Below are positions 23,534 through 34,351 of a stretch of 35,090 nt of DNA, piece after piece. The stretch lies in the IMG/VR virus record IMGVR_UViG_3300037742_000042, positions 1 to 35,090 of that record. One strand, 5' to 3'. The first letter of the stretch is position 1; each line of letters starts with the position of its first letter. Made by a program: the position numbers and the translations under genes. The stretch comes from a virus (taxonomy: Duplodnaviria > Caudoviricetes). The notes under the pieces were generated by a model. The model saw only the letters and a program-made list of their open reading frames with translations, was not told the origin of the DNA and searched no databases.

Positions 23534-23953
23534 ATGCCGCAAACTAGAGTTTATGCTCCGGCTGCACTGAGTGCTAACAAGGGTGAAGTTGTCATTTCTG
23601 GCGCGTTTAGCGTCAACGGTGCCTCCAGCCCTGTAGCGTTCCGTGGCCCGGATGGCCTCGGTACCACGCTTCCCGCTGGTATCACCTCACTAACCCGTAC
23701 GGGTACCGGCGAGTACACGCTGACATTTGACGATAGCTTCTACGCCATGACGGGCGCTCAGGTTTCCCTGATGCTCGCCACGGCCGCGGATAGCAAGGTG
23801 CAATTGACAGCAGTTCCAGCCAACCTGAACACCAGCACTGCGATGACCCAGAAGATTACCACGATTACGACCGCAGCCGCGGCCGATATTGCGGCGGCTT
23901 CTGGTAACGAAGTGTTCTTTGAGTTCCGCTTCAAGCGGAGCATGGCCAAGTAA
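23534..23953 (+). CDS. Putative head decoration/structural protein
   Basis: AAGGAG RBS; A/T-rich; 'TRTGTGEYTLTF' motif common in virion proteins. Confidence 0.7.
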   Translation: MPQTRVYAPAALSANKGEVVISGAFSVNGASSPVAFRGPDGLGTTLPAGITSLTRTGTGEYTLTFDDSFYAMTGAQVSLMLATAADSKVQLTAVPANLNTSTAMTQKITTITTAAAADIAAASGNEVFFEFRFKRSMAK

Positions 23954-23954
23954 T

Positions 23955-24155
23955 ATGGCTAAGGGACTAAACGCCCTGGTCATCGGACCCATGGGTAAGA
24001 AACACGAAGAGATGGAGGAGGAGGAATCCTCTGACGGACTTCGCGAGGCATTCGACGAGTTCGAAGCTGCTACGGCTGCTGGCGATAGTGACGCGGCATT
24101 CGAGGCGCTCCGGAATTTCACCGATATGTGCGCGATGAAAGCTGGCGATTACTAA
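23955..24155 (+). CDS. Small acidic hypothetical protein
   Basis: MAKGLNALVIG...EEEES...; starts 1 nt after the upstream stop. Confidence 0.7.
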   Translation: MAKGLNALVIGPMGKKHEEMEEEESSDGLREAFDEFEAATAAGDSDAAFEALRNFTDMCAMKAGDY

Positions 24156-24162
24156 AGGAGAC

Positions 24163-24182
24163 GGGGCCCCGGAAGGGGCCCT
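24163..24182 (+). other. GC-rich hairpin with GGAA tetraloop
   Basis: GGGGCCCC-GGAA-GGGGCCCT; no U-tract, so a terminator role is uncertain. Confidence 0.5.
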
Positions 24183-24194
24183 GTATCTGACTCT

Positions 24195-24872
24195 ATGGCG
24201 TTGAATACAACTTTGCTGGCTATGCGCACCGCTGCACGAGAGCGCGCAGACCAAGAAAACAGCCTTTTCTGCTCTAACGCGGAAATCAACGGGCTTATCA
24301 ACGCCAACATTCGGAAGATCCACCGGCGCATCGTCAAGTCGTACGGTAACGCCTACGCTGGCGCGTCCACAACCATCACTACGGCCTCCGGTACGGAAGC
24401 CTACGCCCTACCCGCGAACTTTATGAAGCTCTCTTCATACGGCGTGTGGTGGGTGCAAGCGAACCAGCCTAAGGTTAGGCTCTCACGCTACAACCCGAAC
24501 GAGAGTAACTGGCAGGAGCCCGCAGAGGGCTGGAACCAGGTGGCCCGCGGCAGTCGCCGGACCAACGTTCAATACGATTTATTTAATAAAGAGATTCGGT
24601 TTCTACCGACTCCGATGGCGGTTCATTCCGTCAAGGTCTACTACATCCCCACGCCGACGACGCTCTCTGCGGACGCCGACGTTTACGACGGTATCGCCGG
24701 ATTCGAGGAGTCAATCATCTGGGCCACGGCGGCCGATATGCTGGCCAAGCAAGAATCCGACAACAGTTTCCAAGTCGCTCAGATGAACGCGGAACTTCAG
24801 GACCTCCTAGAGTACGCCGACCCCGACCAGAACGAACCACCGCAGGTCCAATGGGCCTATGAGGACGAGTGA
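24195..24872 (+). CDS. Head-tail adaptor (putative)
   Basis: 225 aa; 'TL..MR..AR.RADQ', 'YALPANF', 'IRFLPTP....VKVYY' are typical of podoviral adaptors; position fits. Confidence 0.75.
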   Translation: MALNTTLLAMRTAARERADQENSLFCSNAEINGLINANIRKIHRRIVKSYGNAYAGASTTITTASGTEAYALPANFMKLSSYGVWWVQANQPKVRLSRYNPNESNWQEPAEGWNQVARGSRRTNVQYDLFNKEIRFLPTPMAVHSVKVYYIPTPTTLSADADVYDGIAGFEESIIWATAADMLAKQESDNSFQVAQMNAELQDLLEYADPDQNEPPQVQWAYEDE

Positions 24873-25207
24873 GGCTACCTAGCCTGGCGCGTATAAGCGT
24901 CTCCAGCACGTCTGACGCCCTCACCCTAGCCAGACAGCTTATGCAGCTTGTCGGCGCTCTATGCACCTCCGTAGACCGGCTACTGGCCAACTCGGAGGCT
25001 ATTAGCGTTACTCAGGACGTGGACCTCGTAGCGGGTACGCCTAAATTCGTTAGCCACCGGCTCGACCTCCGCGACGGACAGACCCCGCTCGGCTGGCACG
25101 TGGTGGATAAGAACGCCGACGCCAACGTCTGGCGCGTCTCTTGGGACCACAGATTCATCACACTCCAATCAGACGTTAACTGCACTATCCGGCTGAGAAC
25201 TTACTGA
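24869..25207 (+). CDS. Hypothetical structural protein
   Basis: GTGA overlap; 'VSHRL...PLGW.VV' motif. Confidence 0.7.
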   Translation: MRLPSLARISVSSTSDALTLARQLMQLVGALCTSVDRLLANSEAISVTQDVDLVAGTPKFVSHRLDLRDGQTPLGWHVVDKNADANVWRVSWDHRFITLQSDVNCTIRLRTY

Positions 25208-28171
25208 ATGCCCCTTGAATTCCAGCCTCTTGAGATACCTTACGGGCAGCTCGATACGCACACGGACCCCACCGCAATGGAGCCCGGTACGCTCACCAAG
25301 GCCGAGAACGTCTCAAGCCAGGTTGACGGGCGATATGGGAAGCGCTTTGGCTATGACTCGTTCGCCACCACCAGCTCGACCACGGGCGTTCGCCTGGGTA
25401 AGCGCGGTAACGAGCTTATGTTCTTCGACGGCGCGAACCTCAAGTCGTACCGCCAGCCGATCGCCTTCTGGCGCGATCTGGGCGTCGTTCCGGAACCGTC
25501 CGTTAGCGAGCGTCCGGTCCTGCTGGACCAGGCCAACGATGTAACCAGCGGCTCGCGCGTCACCTACGGTGGCGTTACCGTCCACGCTTACATCGACTCG
25601 AGCGGTTTTTTGCAGACCAAAGTGGTCGATGCGAGCGACGGGTCTCTGCTGACCACAAGGACGGATGCGTCTAACGCCTACCAGATTGTCCACACTGCAC
25701 TAGTCGGCGCTACGATTGTCGTCGTTTATTCCTCGGTTGCATCGCAGGTTATCCGTTATCTCACGGTCAACCCGGCAACGATTGGCGGCATCGGCCCGTT
25801 TACCATCTACAGCGGCGCGGACGTCTACGCCGGCTCTGTCCCCTACCCCTACGCGCCGTTTGACATCTGCTCGATAAGCAGCACGGATATTCTTATCGTT
25901 CACTGCACGGATACTCCGGAAATCAAGCTCTCCAGGATGATCGTATCCTCCGGCGCACTCACAGCCGGCGCTACCATTAGCACCGAGGTTCCGGACGGTG
26001 GAATGGCAATCAAGGCGGTTCCCGGAGAGAACGGCGTTATTGCGTTTCACTCGGCGTCGGCTGGCGCGATGCGCGTGCGCGGCTTTGACCCCGCATTGTT
26101 AACGACGTCGTTCGCACTGACCACTCTTGAAGCGGACCCGGCGACCGGGACTAATTGGAACTGCGGGTTAATCCGAGTTGACGCTCTCACGACACTCTGT
26201 GTCTGGGACCGACGCGATGCCGCGCCACTCAAGGGTTACACCGCGTGGGCCACGATTAGCTATGTCGGCGGTATCGGTACAATAATTCAGCTTCCGAACT
26301 TCCATCTCCAGACGAAACCATTCGCCTATGGGGACCGGCAGTACGTAACCGTTTACGCGCCTTACGAGACACAAGAAACCTACATCACAATCCAGATCAA
26401 CCGTACCGCCCCACGCTGGCAACCGGTTGCAACGCACGCCTTCCGGCGAGCGTTCACGGTCGGCCCCGGGATGACGTGCCTAACCGAAATGGACGCCGTT
26501 TCGGCTGAGGTCTACTGGTTCGATTCCCCGATTGGCTACAAGTTCCTATCCAACTCGTCCCTCCGCGCTGGAATGACAACGTTCGGTATGGACTTCACCG
26601 ATCCTAAGCGCTTCCAGAACTGCGAAATCGGTGGGTCTATGGTGGTCGCTGGCGGCACGCCGTTCCAGTACGACGGAAACACCTGGGCCGAGAATAATTT
26701 TATCATCTATCCCGAGATTACTGCGGCGACCCCGGGGTCAGTGCTCGGCTCTGGGATGGATAACGGTACCTATTCCTACATCGTCGTCTTCGAACGCTCG
26801 GACGCCAACGGTAACGTCTCCCGGAGCACGACGTCTCTCCCCTTCTCTGCCACCACGTCGGCCGGAGCGGGGTTAGGAGCCGTCTCTCTGACCATTGACT
26901 ACTACCTGATGACAGCGTTCGTAGCGAACGCTAGCACGGCTATAGCGGCGGTCTTCCGAACGGAGGCCGGCGGCGAGACGTACTACTTCGTCGGCTCCCA
27001 AAAGATGAACGCCCTCGGTGCGAGTTTCACATACGTAGACAGCGCCAACGATTCAACGATTCTCAGCAACCGAATCATCTACACGCAAGGCGGAATCCTT
27101 GATAGGGAGCCGCCCCCGCCCTATACGCAGATGGTCGTACACAATAACCGCCTGTGGGGCTTTAGCTCCGTAGAGCGCAAGATGGTTTTCTATTCTGGCG
27201 ACTACGTACCGGGCGAGTCTCCGTGGTTCTCCACGGCGCAACAGTTCCGGATTGACCCAGGTGGGGACATCACGGCGCTGGCCAGCCTGGACGAGAAGCT
27301 GATTATCTTCAAGCGAGACCGGATATTCAAGGTCACGGGGCGCGGCGGTAACGCCAGCGGCTCCAGCTCGGACCTCACGCCTCCGGACGTTATCACGAGC
27401 GACTGTGGCTGCATTGACCACCGCTCCGTGGTGGTGATTCCGCAGGGAATCCTGTTCCAGAGCGACAAGGGTATTTACATGCTTACCCGCGGCGAGGAAC
27501 TGACATTTGTCGGTCTGCCGGTTGATTATTATGTCAATAATTTCCCGACTATCAATGCTGCTACTTTGATGCCTACAGTAATGGAGGTCCGATTTCACGC
27601 GGAGAACTCCTTAGATGAGGGTCTCGTCCTGGTTTACAACTATCGGGACAATCGTTGGACCACTCACACCAACTACGACTACGGCGACGGTACAGAGCGG
27701 GTTGACGCTCTGGTCGTGAATAACTCGTATTACACGGTTGATGCTCAGGCCAACGTCTCGATTGAGACGCCGGACGAGTATCGCGACCCGGGTAGTACGT
27801 ATGTGGTCTCCGAGCTTGAAACCGGCTGGATCAAACCGGCTGGGAAACAGGGGCTCGTTAGGTGCCAGCGGATTCTGTTCTTGAATGAACTCGTGGAAGA
27901 CCACGATATGGAATTCGAGATAGATAAGGATTACGTCAACACTAGCGTTCAGTCTGCGGTTTACACCGCGGCCGATATGGCCACGCTGCCGCAGGAGCAG
28001 GTCGCGATGCACGTGCAGGACCAGCAGGGGGAATCGTGGCGCGTCCGGATGCGAGACGCGGAGTCCGGTGCTGGTGACAGTGAAGGTTTTAGGGCTAGAG
28101 GCGTGACGCTTCTGGTCGGAGTTAAGCGAGGAACAGTGGAGAAGATCATGCAAGCGGGAGCGAAAGCCTAA
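25208..28171 (+). CDS. Tail nozzle / packaged-DNA stabilization protein (P22 gp10 / T7 gp12-like)
   Basis: 987 aa, beta-propeller-like; 'AENV....G...KRFGY', 'GDITALA....LIIFK', 'GC....S......GILFQSDKGIY', 'ETGWI'. Confidence 0.8.
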   Translation: MPLEFQPLEIPYGQLDTHTDPTAMEPGTLTKAENVSSQVDGRYGKRFGYDSFATTSSTTGVRLGKRGNELMFFDGANLKSYRQPIAFWRDLGVVPEPSVSERPVLLDQANDVTSGSRVTYGGVTVHAYIDSSGFLQTKVVDASDGSLLTTRTDASNAYQIVHTALVGATIVVVYSSVASQVIRYLTVNPATIGGIGPFTIYSGADVYAGSVPYPYAPFDICSISSTDILIVHCTDTPEIKLSRMIVSSGALTAGATISTEVPDGGMAIKAVPGENGVIAFHSASAGAMRVRGFDPALLTTSFALTTLEADPATGTNWNCGLIRVDALTTLCVWDRRDAAPLKGYTAWATISYVGGIGTIIQLPNFHLQTKPFAYGDRQYVTVYAPYETQETYITIQINRTAPRWQPVATHAFRRAFTVGPGMTCLTEMDAVSAEVYWFDSPIGYKFLSNSSLRAGMTTFGMDFTDPKRFQNCEIGGSMVVAGGTPFQYDGNTWAENNFIIYPEITAATPGSVLGSGMDNGTYSYIVVFERSDANGNVSRSTTSLPFSATTSAGAGLGAVSLTIDYYLMTAFVANASTAIAAVFRTEAGGETYYFVGSQKMNALGASFTYVDSANDSTILSNRIIYTQGGILDREPPPPYTQMVVHNNRLWGFSSVERKMVFYSGDYVPGESPWFSTAQQFRIDPGGDITALASLDEKLIIFKRDRIFKVTGRGGNASGSSSDLTPPDVITSDCGCIDHRSVVVIPQGILFQSDKGIYMLTRGEELTFVGLPVDYYVNNFPTINAATLMPTVMEVRFHAENSLDEGLVLVYNYRDNRWTTHTNYDYGDGTERVDALVVNNSYYTVDAQANVSIETPDEYRDPGSTYVVSELETGWIKPAGKQGLVRCQRILFLNELVEDHDMEFEIDKDYVNTSVQSAVYTAADMATLPQEQVAMHVQDQQGESWRVRMRDAESGAGDSEGFRARGVTLLVGVKRGTVEKIMQAGAKA

Positions 28172-29913
28172 TGCCGAGCGGTACAGCAATTGGAACTGGC
28201 GTAGGCGCTGGCGCGGGCGCGATCGTTGGGTCGATTATCCCCGGCGCCGGCACCGTCGTTGGCGGCATGGTCGGTGGGGCGCTTGGTGGCGTCGTTGGCG
28301 GGTTGTTTGACGACGAGGGGAATCCGACCGCACCGCAGGGGCAATACCGGAGCCTGAATCAGAGCGCCGGTATTGGACAGGGTAGCTTTGGGTACACGCC
28401 GGAAGAGATAGCGCAACAGCGCGCACGCGCGGCCGCATTGGGTGTCGATTACGACCAGATGCAGAACCAGCGGGCGCAACTGGATCAAGAGCAGCGAAAG
28501 TGGATCTCCGAATATCAATCCACGCATCCGCCGCCCGATAGTAGTGGCGCGGTCCCAGCGTTGGGCATGCTTCGTTATTACAACGAAATGCGGCAGGACC
28601 CGAAGTTTAAGGAGATGATTGAGCAGAGTACGCAGCTCAATAGTCAACTTGCCCAGGTTACTGGTAATCCGGACATGTCCGACCCCGGACGCTTCGCGGC
28701 TATGTCGCAGAGCGCTCAGGGTCGCGGCGGCGTCGTTCTCGACAAGTTCGGGAACCAGCGCACGCATAGCCCCGATATCTACGAGATGCAGCGCCAGAAC
28801 GCGCCGCAACAGCACGACCCCGGCTCAGTGCAACGGGCGAATACGTTCAACGCTCGTGAGTTCAACGTCGACAAGACGCAGATCGACCCGAACGCCGGTA
28901 ACGCCGATTACGCTGCGTATCAGCAGGCCCGCGGTAAGAACCTGGAGGTCATGACGGCCGTTCAGGACCGCGCAATGGGTCGCGGTGGCCCATCTCCGGC
29001 TGAGCTTCAGATGAAGCAAGGTCAGGACCGGGCTATTAGCCAGCAGGCCGCCCTCGCGGCGTCCGGTGGCCAGATGGATTCCGCCATGGCTCGACGCCAG
29101 GCGATGATCGGCGCGGCGAACATCGGTCAGAAGACGGCGGCGGATACGTCGCTCCTCCGAGCCAACGAGCAGATTGCCGCTCAGAACACGTTCGGCGGGT
29201 TGAACACGGCGCAACAGAGCGCGGACCTCTCCGCTCGTAACCAGAGTTTCGGTCAAGCTCAGACGCGAGCCGCCAACGACTGGCAACAGAACTTGGGAGC
29301 AGCGCAGTTCGGCTCTGACCAGTCGTTTCGAAACGCTCAGCTCAACGCGTCGCAATCGCAATTCAACGCTGGCCAGGCGAATCAATTCAACCTTGGCCGC
29401 GCACAGACCCTGGCGCAACAGGGGCAGTTCGGCGCTCAGTTCGGGCTATCGCAGGAACAGGCGATAGCGCAGAGCATGGCGCAGCAGCGCCAGTTTAATT
29501 CCCAGTTCCAGAATCAACAGAACCAGTGGGGGCAGCAGTTCGGCGCTCAACAGGCGTTGAATCAAGGCCAACTGGATATGCAACAGCGTGGAATGAACGA
29601 CCAGTATCAGATGGGCATGCTGGGTCAGTATATGAACTCCCGCGGTATGCAACAGGCGAACGCGCATCAGGACCAGAACGCCTGGAACCAGATTCAGGGA
29701 ACGAATGCCGGCGTTGGAATCAGTAACGCCGGACTCGCGCAGCAAAATCGACAGTTCCAGCAGCAACAACAGGTCGGCATGATCAACGGTATGATTACAG
29801 CCGGCGCTGGGTATATGTCCGCTAACAGTGGCGGCGGTGGGGCTCCTGCTCCGGCCGTTGCTAACAGCGGTTTCAATCAATCAGACCCCAATAAGATCAA
29901 CTGGGGTTACTAA
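28171..29913 (+). CDS. Internal virion/ejection protein (Q/A/G/N-rich, N-terminal glycine zipper)
   Basis: Position after the nozzle; GxxxG repeats; QF/NAQ repeats. Confidence 0.7.
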   Translation: MPSGTAIGTGVGAGAGAIVGSIIPGAGTVVGGMVGGALGGVVGGLFDDEGNPTAPQGQYRSLNQSAGIGQGSFGYTPEEIAQQRARAAALGVDYDQMQNQRAQLDQEQRKWISEYQSTHPPPDSSGAVPALGMLRYYNEMRQDPKFKEMIEQSTQLNSQLAQVTGNPDMSDPGRFAAMSQSAQGRGGVVLDKFGNQRTHSPDIYEMQRQNAPQQHDPGSVQRANTFNAREFNVDKTQIDPNAGNADYAAYQQARGKNLEVMTAVQDRAMGRGGPSPAELQMKQGQDRAISQQAALAASGGQMDSAMARRQAMIGAANIGQKTAADTSLLRANEQIAAQNTFGGLNTAQQSADLSARNQSFGQAQTRAANDWQQNLGAAQFGSDQSFRNAQLNASQSQFNAGQANQFNLGRAQTLAQQGQFGAQFGLSQEQAIAQSMAQQRQFNSQFQNQQNQWGQQFGAQQALNQGQLDMQQRGMNDQYQMGMLGQYMNSRGMQQANAHQDQNAWNQIQGTNAGVGISNAGLAQQNRQFQQQQQVGMINGMITAGAGYMSANSGGGGAPAPAVANSGFNQSDPNKINWGY

Positions 29914-29916
29914 CTA

Positions 29917-31779
29917 ATGCCCTTTATCTCCTATACAGACCACGGCGACGGTACGCTATCGTTTCTCGATCACGCTGGCCAGGCTACGCCTCCGATGGCG
30001 GGACCCGCGGCGGAGCAGCAGAAGCTTAAGATTGACGCAACGGCTGGTCCGGACATGCGTACAGCCGGACTCAGCGAAGACATCGCTGGGATGATTAAGG
30101 CTCCAAACGGTAGCATCATGAATGCCGGCGGCGCTCCTCAGGATGTCCCACGCTCCGTTAGCGACGCGTCTATGGAAGTCCCCGGACTCCAGAACATGGT
30201 TGTAGACCCGGCTACGGGCGCGATGATTCGTCGCCCCCCGAACGCTCCGTCTAGCCCTCTACCACCCCCGGATGCCGCTACACAGAAGATTATCGCGGAC
30301 CTCGATGCGAAGGCCGGTATCCCGAAGACTCAGCCGGGACCGCGTTACGGAACGAAGGAAGCCGAAGCGGCGACGGAAGGTAAGACCGTTCCGGAAGGCG
30401 AACGCGTTCAAGTCGGCGGCCTGCCGCCACGTGACGGTATTCGGTTCGCTATGCCTCAGCCCGGTGGCGGTGGGACCGCGCCGTCTCTGAAAGAAGTTAA
30501 AGCCGGCGAGACGACCGGATTTATGACTACCGACCCGATGGCTCAGGCGAATCTCAAGCAAGCCTACCAGGGGCAATACGACGCCGCTGGACAACTCGGG
30601 GAAGCGCAGCAGAAAGCCGGCGCCAACGTTACCGGCGTCCTCGCCGAAGTACCGCAGGGTCTTACCGCGCTCGAGCAGCAACGCCAACAGCAAGAAGAAA
30701 CTATCGCGCAACGCGTCCAGCAAGATCACGAAAAGCTCGACCAGCTCCGCGAAGAGACGCGCAAGGATATCGACCCTAACGCGTTCTGGAAGAACAAGTC
30801 AGCGGCGGAGAAGTTCATGGGCGCCATCGCCATGGGTATCGGTGCCTACGTGCAGACGATGACCGGCGGACAGAATAACGCCATGAATATCCTTAACGGC
30901 GCTATCCGCGACGAGATTGACGCTCAAAAGAGTAACCGAGACGCGTCGCACGAACGGTTTAAAGACATGCGCGGCCAAATGGCCGAGCGTAAGCAGTTGT
31001 TTCAGGACGAGCGCCAGAATTTCATAGCGAAGAAGTCAGCGTATCTCGAACAGGCCAACAGCAAGCTTGCCGCGTACATGCAAGACGCGAAGACGGACGA
31101 GCAGAAGGCCCAGATTGCCGATATGCAGGCTAAGGTCCAAGAGGAAGCCGAGAAGATGAACCTTGAGTTTAGCAAGGTGAGTCATCAGGTGCAGACCAAG
31201 GTAATCCAGGTCGGAGGCTCCGGCCCGGCCGGTGGTCCTCAGATGGAAGACCTTAACCGCGGACTCGTCGTGCAAGACTTGACCGGAAAGAAGTTCCTGG
31301 CGCGCAGCGACGGAGCTGCAAAGAAGATTCAAGAGGTCCGTCCGATGACTCAGACGGCTATCGAAGCGTCCAAAGAGATGCGAGCGATTGCCAACAAGCC
31401 CGGGTTCGACAAGATGGACCCGACAGATCCATCCGTTGAGTCATTCAACTTCGCCCGCGAGCGTTTCGTCAACTCAATTAACGCTCTCATGGGTCAAGGC
31501 GTTGTTAAGGACGACGATATTAAACGATACTCGAAAGAGATTCTTGGTGGACCATACGGACTCGCTACGGCCAAGATTGCCGATAACTTCGCCCGTCAGG
31601 CGTCCTCGCAGTTTGACCAGCACTTCAAGGTCAACGTGGACACGGAGACGGAAGTGGAGGAGCGCGCCGAGGTTGACGCGAAGGGTCGCATCCGTAAAGG
31701 CGTCCACTACAACCAGCAACAACTTCTGTCCGGACAAGGTCCTCGCCAGCAAATTAACTTTACCAAAGCTGGTAAATGA
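29917..31779 (+). CDS. Internal virion/ejection protein
   Basis: 620 aa; coiled coils and a hydrophobic 'FMGAIAMGIGAYV' segment; position fits. Confidence 0.65.
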   Translation: MPFISYTDHGDGTLSFLDHAGQATPPMAGPAAEQQKLKIDATAGPDMRTAGLSEDIAGMIKAPNGSIMNAGGAPQDVPRSVSDASMEVPGLQNMVVDPATGAMIRRPPNAPSSPLPPPDAATQKIIADLDAKAGIPKTQPGPRYGTKEAEAATEGKTVPEGERVQVGGLPPRDGIRFAMPQPGGGGTAPSLKEVKAGETTGFMTTDPMAQANLKQAYQGQYDAAGQLGEAQQKAGANVTGVLAEVPQGLTALEQQRQQQEETIAQRVQQDHEKLDQLREETRKDIDPNAFWKNKSAAEKFMGAIAMGIGAYVQTMTGGQNNAMNILNGAIRDEIDAQKSNRDASHERFKDMRGQMAERKQLFQDERQNFIAKKSAYLEQANSKLAAYMQDAKTDEQKAQIADMQAKVQEEAEKMNLEFSKVSHQVQTKVIQVGGSGPAGGPQMEDLNRGLVVQDLTGKKFLARSDGAAKKIQEVRPMTQTAIEASKEMRAIANKPGFDKMDPTDPSVESFNFARERFVNSINALMGQGVVKDDDIKRYSKEILGGPYGLATAKIADNFARQASSQFDQHFKVNVDTETEVEERAEVDAKGRIRKGVHYNQQQLLSGQGPRQQINFTKAGK

Positions 31780-34337
31780 AGGCCGTACACAATAAGACCG
31801 GTAAGCTAGTCGACGTTCCCGAAGAACAAGCGCTTGCTGGGCTCCAGTCCGGCGAGCTAGCCCTACAGAAGGGACAAGCGGTCCCGGTCAGCGCTCCGGA
31901 TGGTACCATCGGCACCGTTCCGGCCGAGCAACTTACGGATGCGCTGGGCTCTGGGTATACGATGTCCACTCAAAAGGACGTCCGAACTCAGGAGCTATCT
32001 GCTAGGCACAGTGGACTAGGCGAACTCGCGCTAACCGGCCTTGAAGGTGCCGCTAGCGGGCTAACGTTCGGCGGTTCGGACCTCGCGGCTCGTAAGCTTG
32101 CGCCGGAATACGCCGACCAAATGGCCGAGCGTAAAGAATACCTCCCCGGCGTTCGTACCGGTGGCGAGATTCTGGGAGCCGTTGCGCCAATGATTGCCTC
32201 TGGTGGTACCGGAGCCATCGCCAAGGGTGCCGCTCTTGCCCCTACAAGCCTCGTAGGCAAAGCCGGAGCATTCGCCGCACGCGGAGCCGAGGCTATCGTC
32301 GGAACTGAGGCTAAGGGCCTCCTGGGCCGCGTAGCACAGACTGCTATTCCGATGGCCGCTCAGGGCGCGCTTGAAGGCGCTGCCTACGGAGCTGGCCAGG
32401 TCGTTAGCGAGAACGCGCTAGGCGATAAAGAGATTACCGCCGAGAAACTGCTAGCCGGCGCGGAACATGGGATGTTCCTGGGTGGCGCCGTAGGCGGTGG
32501 CCTGGGGGCAGCGGGGGCCGTTGGTAAGGCGGCGGTCGGGAAGGCGTTTAAGTTCTCTGGTGAGGGGTCGCTTAAGACTTGGCTTCAGGATATCTCGGAC
32601 CACCAGACAATTCGGGCTCTTGGCGGTGGTATCAAGGCGCGCAACGTCGAAGGCGCGGAGCGCCGAGTTTCAGAGATTGCGGAAACCGTCCGCAACGCCG
32701 TCCTAGACGACGGAACTAAGGTTTTTAAGCCGTTTAGCACGGCGGGTGAGATTGCCGAGAAGCTCCAGGTAGCCGAAAGGGAGGCCAGCGGCCGGCTATC
32801 CAAGGTCGTCGATAAAATCGAAGACATCACTAAGGCGAATCCGGAGGCTAGGCCGGACATTGGGCGGTTTCTTAAGAAGGTAGACGACGAATTCCTTACG
32901 CAGATGAAGGCGTCTGCGGAGCCAGAGGTTAGGCGCCGCGCGGAGCGTATCGAATCGTCTATCGAGCGGTTCCGACCTAAGCCGGTGGAAGTTGCGGAGA
33001 CCGTCCAGCCATTCGGAAAGCCCCCGAAGATGGCGGGTTCCGGCGACATCGACGACCTACTCACTAAGGGCAAGCTGGAAACGCCGAACGTGGCGGACTT
33101 CGGTACGCCTCCGGCACCTGTCGCCGCTCCAGAAGCGCTAACCTTCAAAGAACTACGCCAGGCCCGTATGGACCTGGACTCGGCCATCTATCAGGAGCGC
33201 GCTAGCGCGGCTGGTGGTATTCCGAACCTTCCTAACCCGAAGCTCCAAGCGATGGAGCGGACACGTGGGTTGCTGGAAGAAGAGATTGAGCGCTCCGCCG
33301 ATATGGCGTCGAAGCTAGTAGGAGACGAGGCTCTAGCCGGCGCTTACCACGCTGAGAAGCGAGCGTTTCGTGACCTCCGTCAAGCCAAAGAGATGGCGGA
33401 GCAATGGCAGATGCGAGACTTTCGCAACCGCGCCGCGTCTCCCACCGATTACCTTACTGGTATTGGTTCCGGCATTGCCGCTGCTAGCCACGGCCTGGGG
33501 GGAATCGCTAGCCTCGGCACCGGACTCCTGGCCAGTGCAGCCCATAACGTAATTCGCGAACGCGGTAACTCCGTTCTCGCTTACGCGGCCGATCGCCTCG
33601 CCAACGTTAACGCCCTATCCCACGTCGTAGCCAGCGTTGACCAGAAGATTGAGCAAGGCGTCAAAGCGGCGCTCAAAACCGAATTCGCCCGTGCGGCGGT
33701 TCAGACGACGCCGAAACAGAAGGCGTTTAACGAGCTGGCCGACAAGGTCGCGCTAATCAATTCCGACCCACAGAAGGCGCAAGAGCATGTTGCCCAGAAA
33801 GTCGGCGGCCTAGCGATTCACTCGCCAGGGCTCGCTACCGCGGCGAGTAACGTTATCTCGCAGGATATGCAGTACGTAGCGGAGAAGATGCCCAAACGCG
33901 CCAGCAACGCGGGCGTTACCGGACGTATCCGCGGCGTATCGGACTCCGATGCGCATAAGGCCGAACGGATGGTTAAGGCCATTGATAAGCCGCTTAGTGT
34001 GCTTAAGGACATCAAGGCCGAACGGGTTACCCCCTCAGCCTCGCAGGCTCTCCGCGACCGCAGGCCGGAGATTATGCAGCAAATCGAGCTGCAAATCGCT
34101 ACGGGCCTCGCCTCTGGCGCCAAGCCGTCCTATTCGGCGCAGAAACAACTGTCTATCCTCCAGGGGAAGCCGGTTTCGTTTCAGCAGAGTCCACAGTTTA
34201 AAGCCAGTATGCAACAAATATATCAGCAGCCCGCAGAACAGGGCGGTGGGGCGGCGGCTCCAAAGCCGTCACGTCGTCCCGCCACGAAACTGGCCAGCGC
34301 CCAGCTTACCAACACACAGAAACTTAGCTTCGAATAA
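31776..34337 (+). CDS. Large internal virion/ejection protein
   Basis: 853 aa; 'GAASGLTFG.SD' and several Gly/Ala zippers typical of podoviral DNA-transfer proteins. Confidence 0.7.
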   Translation: MKAVHNKTGKLVDVPEEQALAGLQSGELALQKGQAVPVSAPDGTIGTVPAEQLTDALGSGYTMSTQKDVRTQELSARHSGLGELALTGLEGAASGLTFGGSDLAARKLAPEYADQMAERKEYLPGVRTGGEILGAVAPMIASGGTGAIAKGAALAPTSLVGKAGAFAARGAEAIVGTEAKGLLGRVAQTAIPMAAQGALEGAAYGAGQVVSENALGDKEITAEKLLAGAEHGMFLGGAVGGGLGAAGAVGKAAVGKAFKFSGEGSLKTWLQDISDHQTIRALGGGIKARNVEGAERRVSEIAETVRNAVLDDGTKVFKPFSTAGEIAEKLQVAEREASGRLSKVVDKIEDITKANPEARPDIGRFLKKVDDEFLTQMKASAEPEVRRRAERIESSIERFRPKPVEVAETVQPFGKPPKMAGSGDIDDLLTKGKLETPNVADFGTPPAPVAAPEALTFKELRQARMDLDSAIYQERASAAGGIPNLPNPKLQAMERTRGLLEEEIERSADMASKLVGDEALAGAYHAEKRAFRDLRQAKEMAEQWQMRDFRNRAASPTDYLTGIGSGIAAASHGLGGIASLGTGLLASAAHNVIRERGNSVLAYAADRLANVNALSHVVASVDQKIEQGVKAALKTEFARAAVQTTPKQKAFNELADKVALINSDPQKAQEHVAQKVGGLAIHSPGLATAASNVISQDMQYVAEKMPKRASNAGVTGRIRGVSDSDAHKAERMVKAIDKPLSVLKDIKAERVTPSASQALRDRRPEIMQQIELQIATGLASGAKPSYSAQKQLSILQGKPVSFQQSPQFKASMQQIYQQPAEQGGGAAAPKPSRRPATKLASAQLTNTQKLSFE

Positions 34338-34351
34338 ACGTAGGAGTTATC

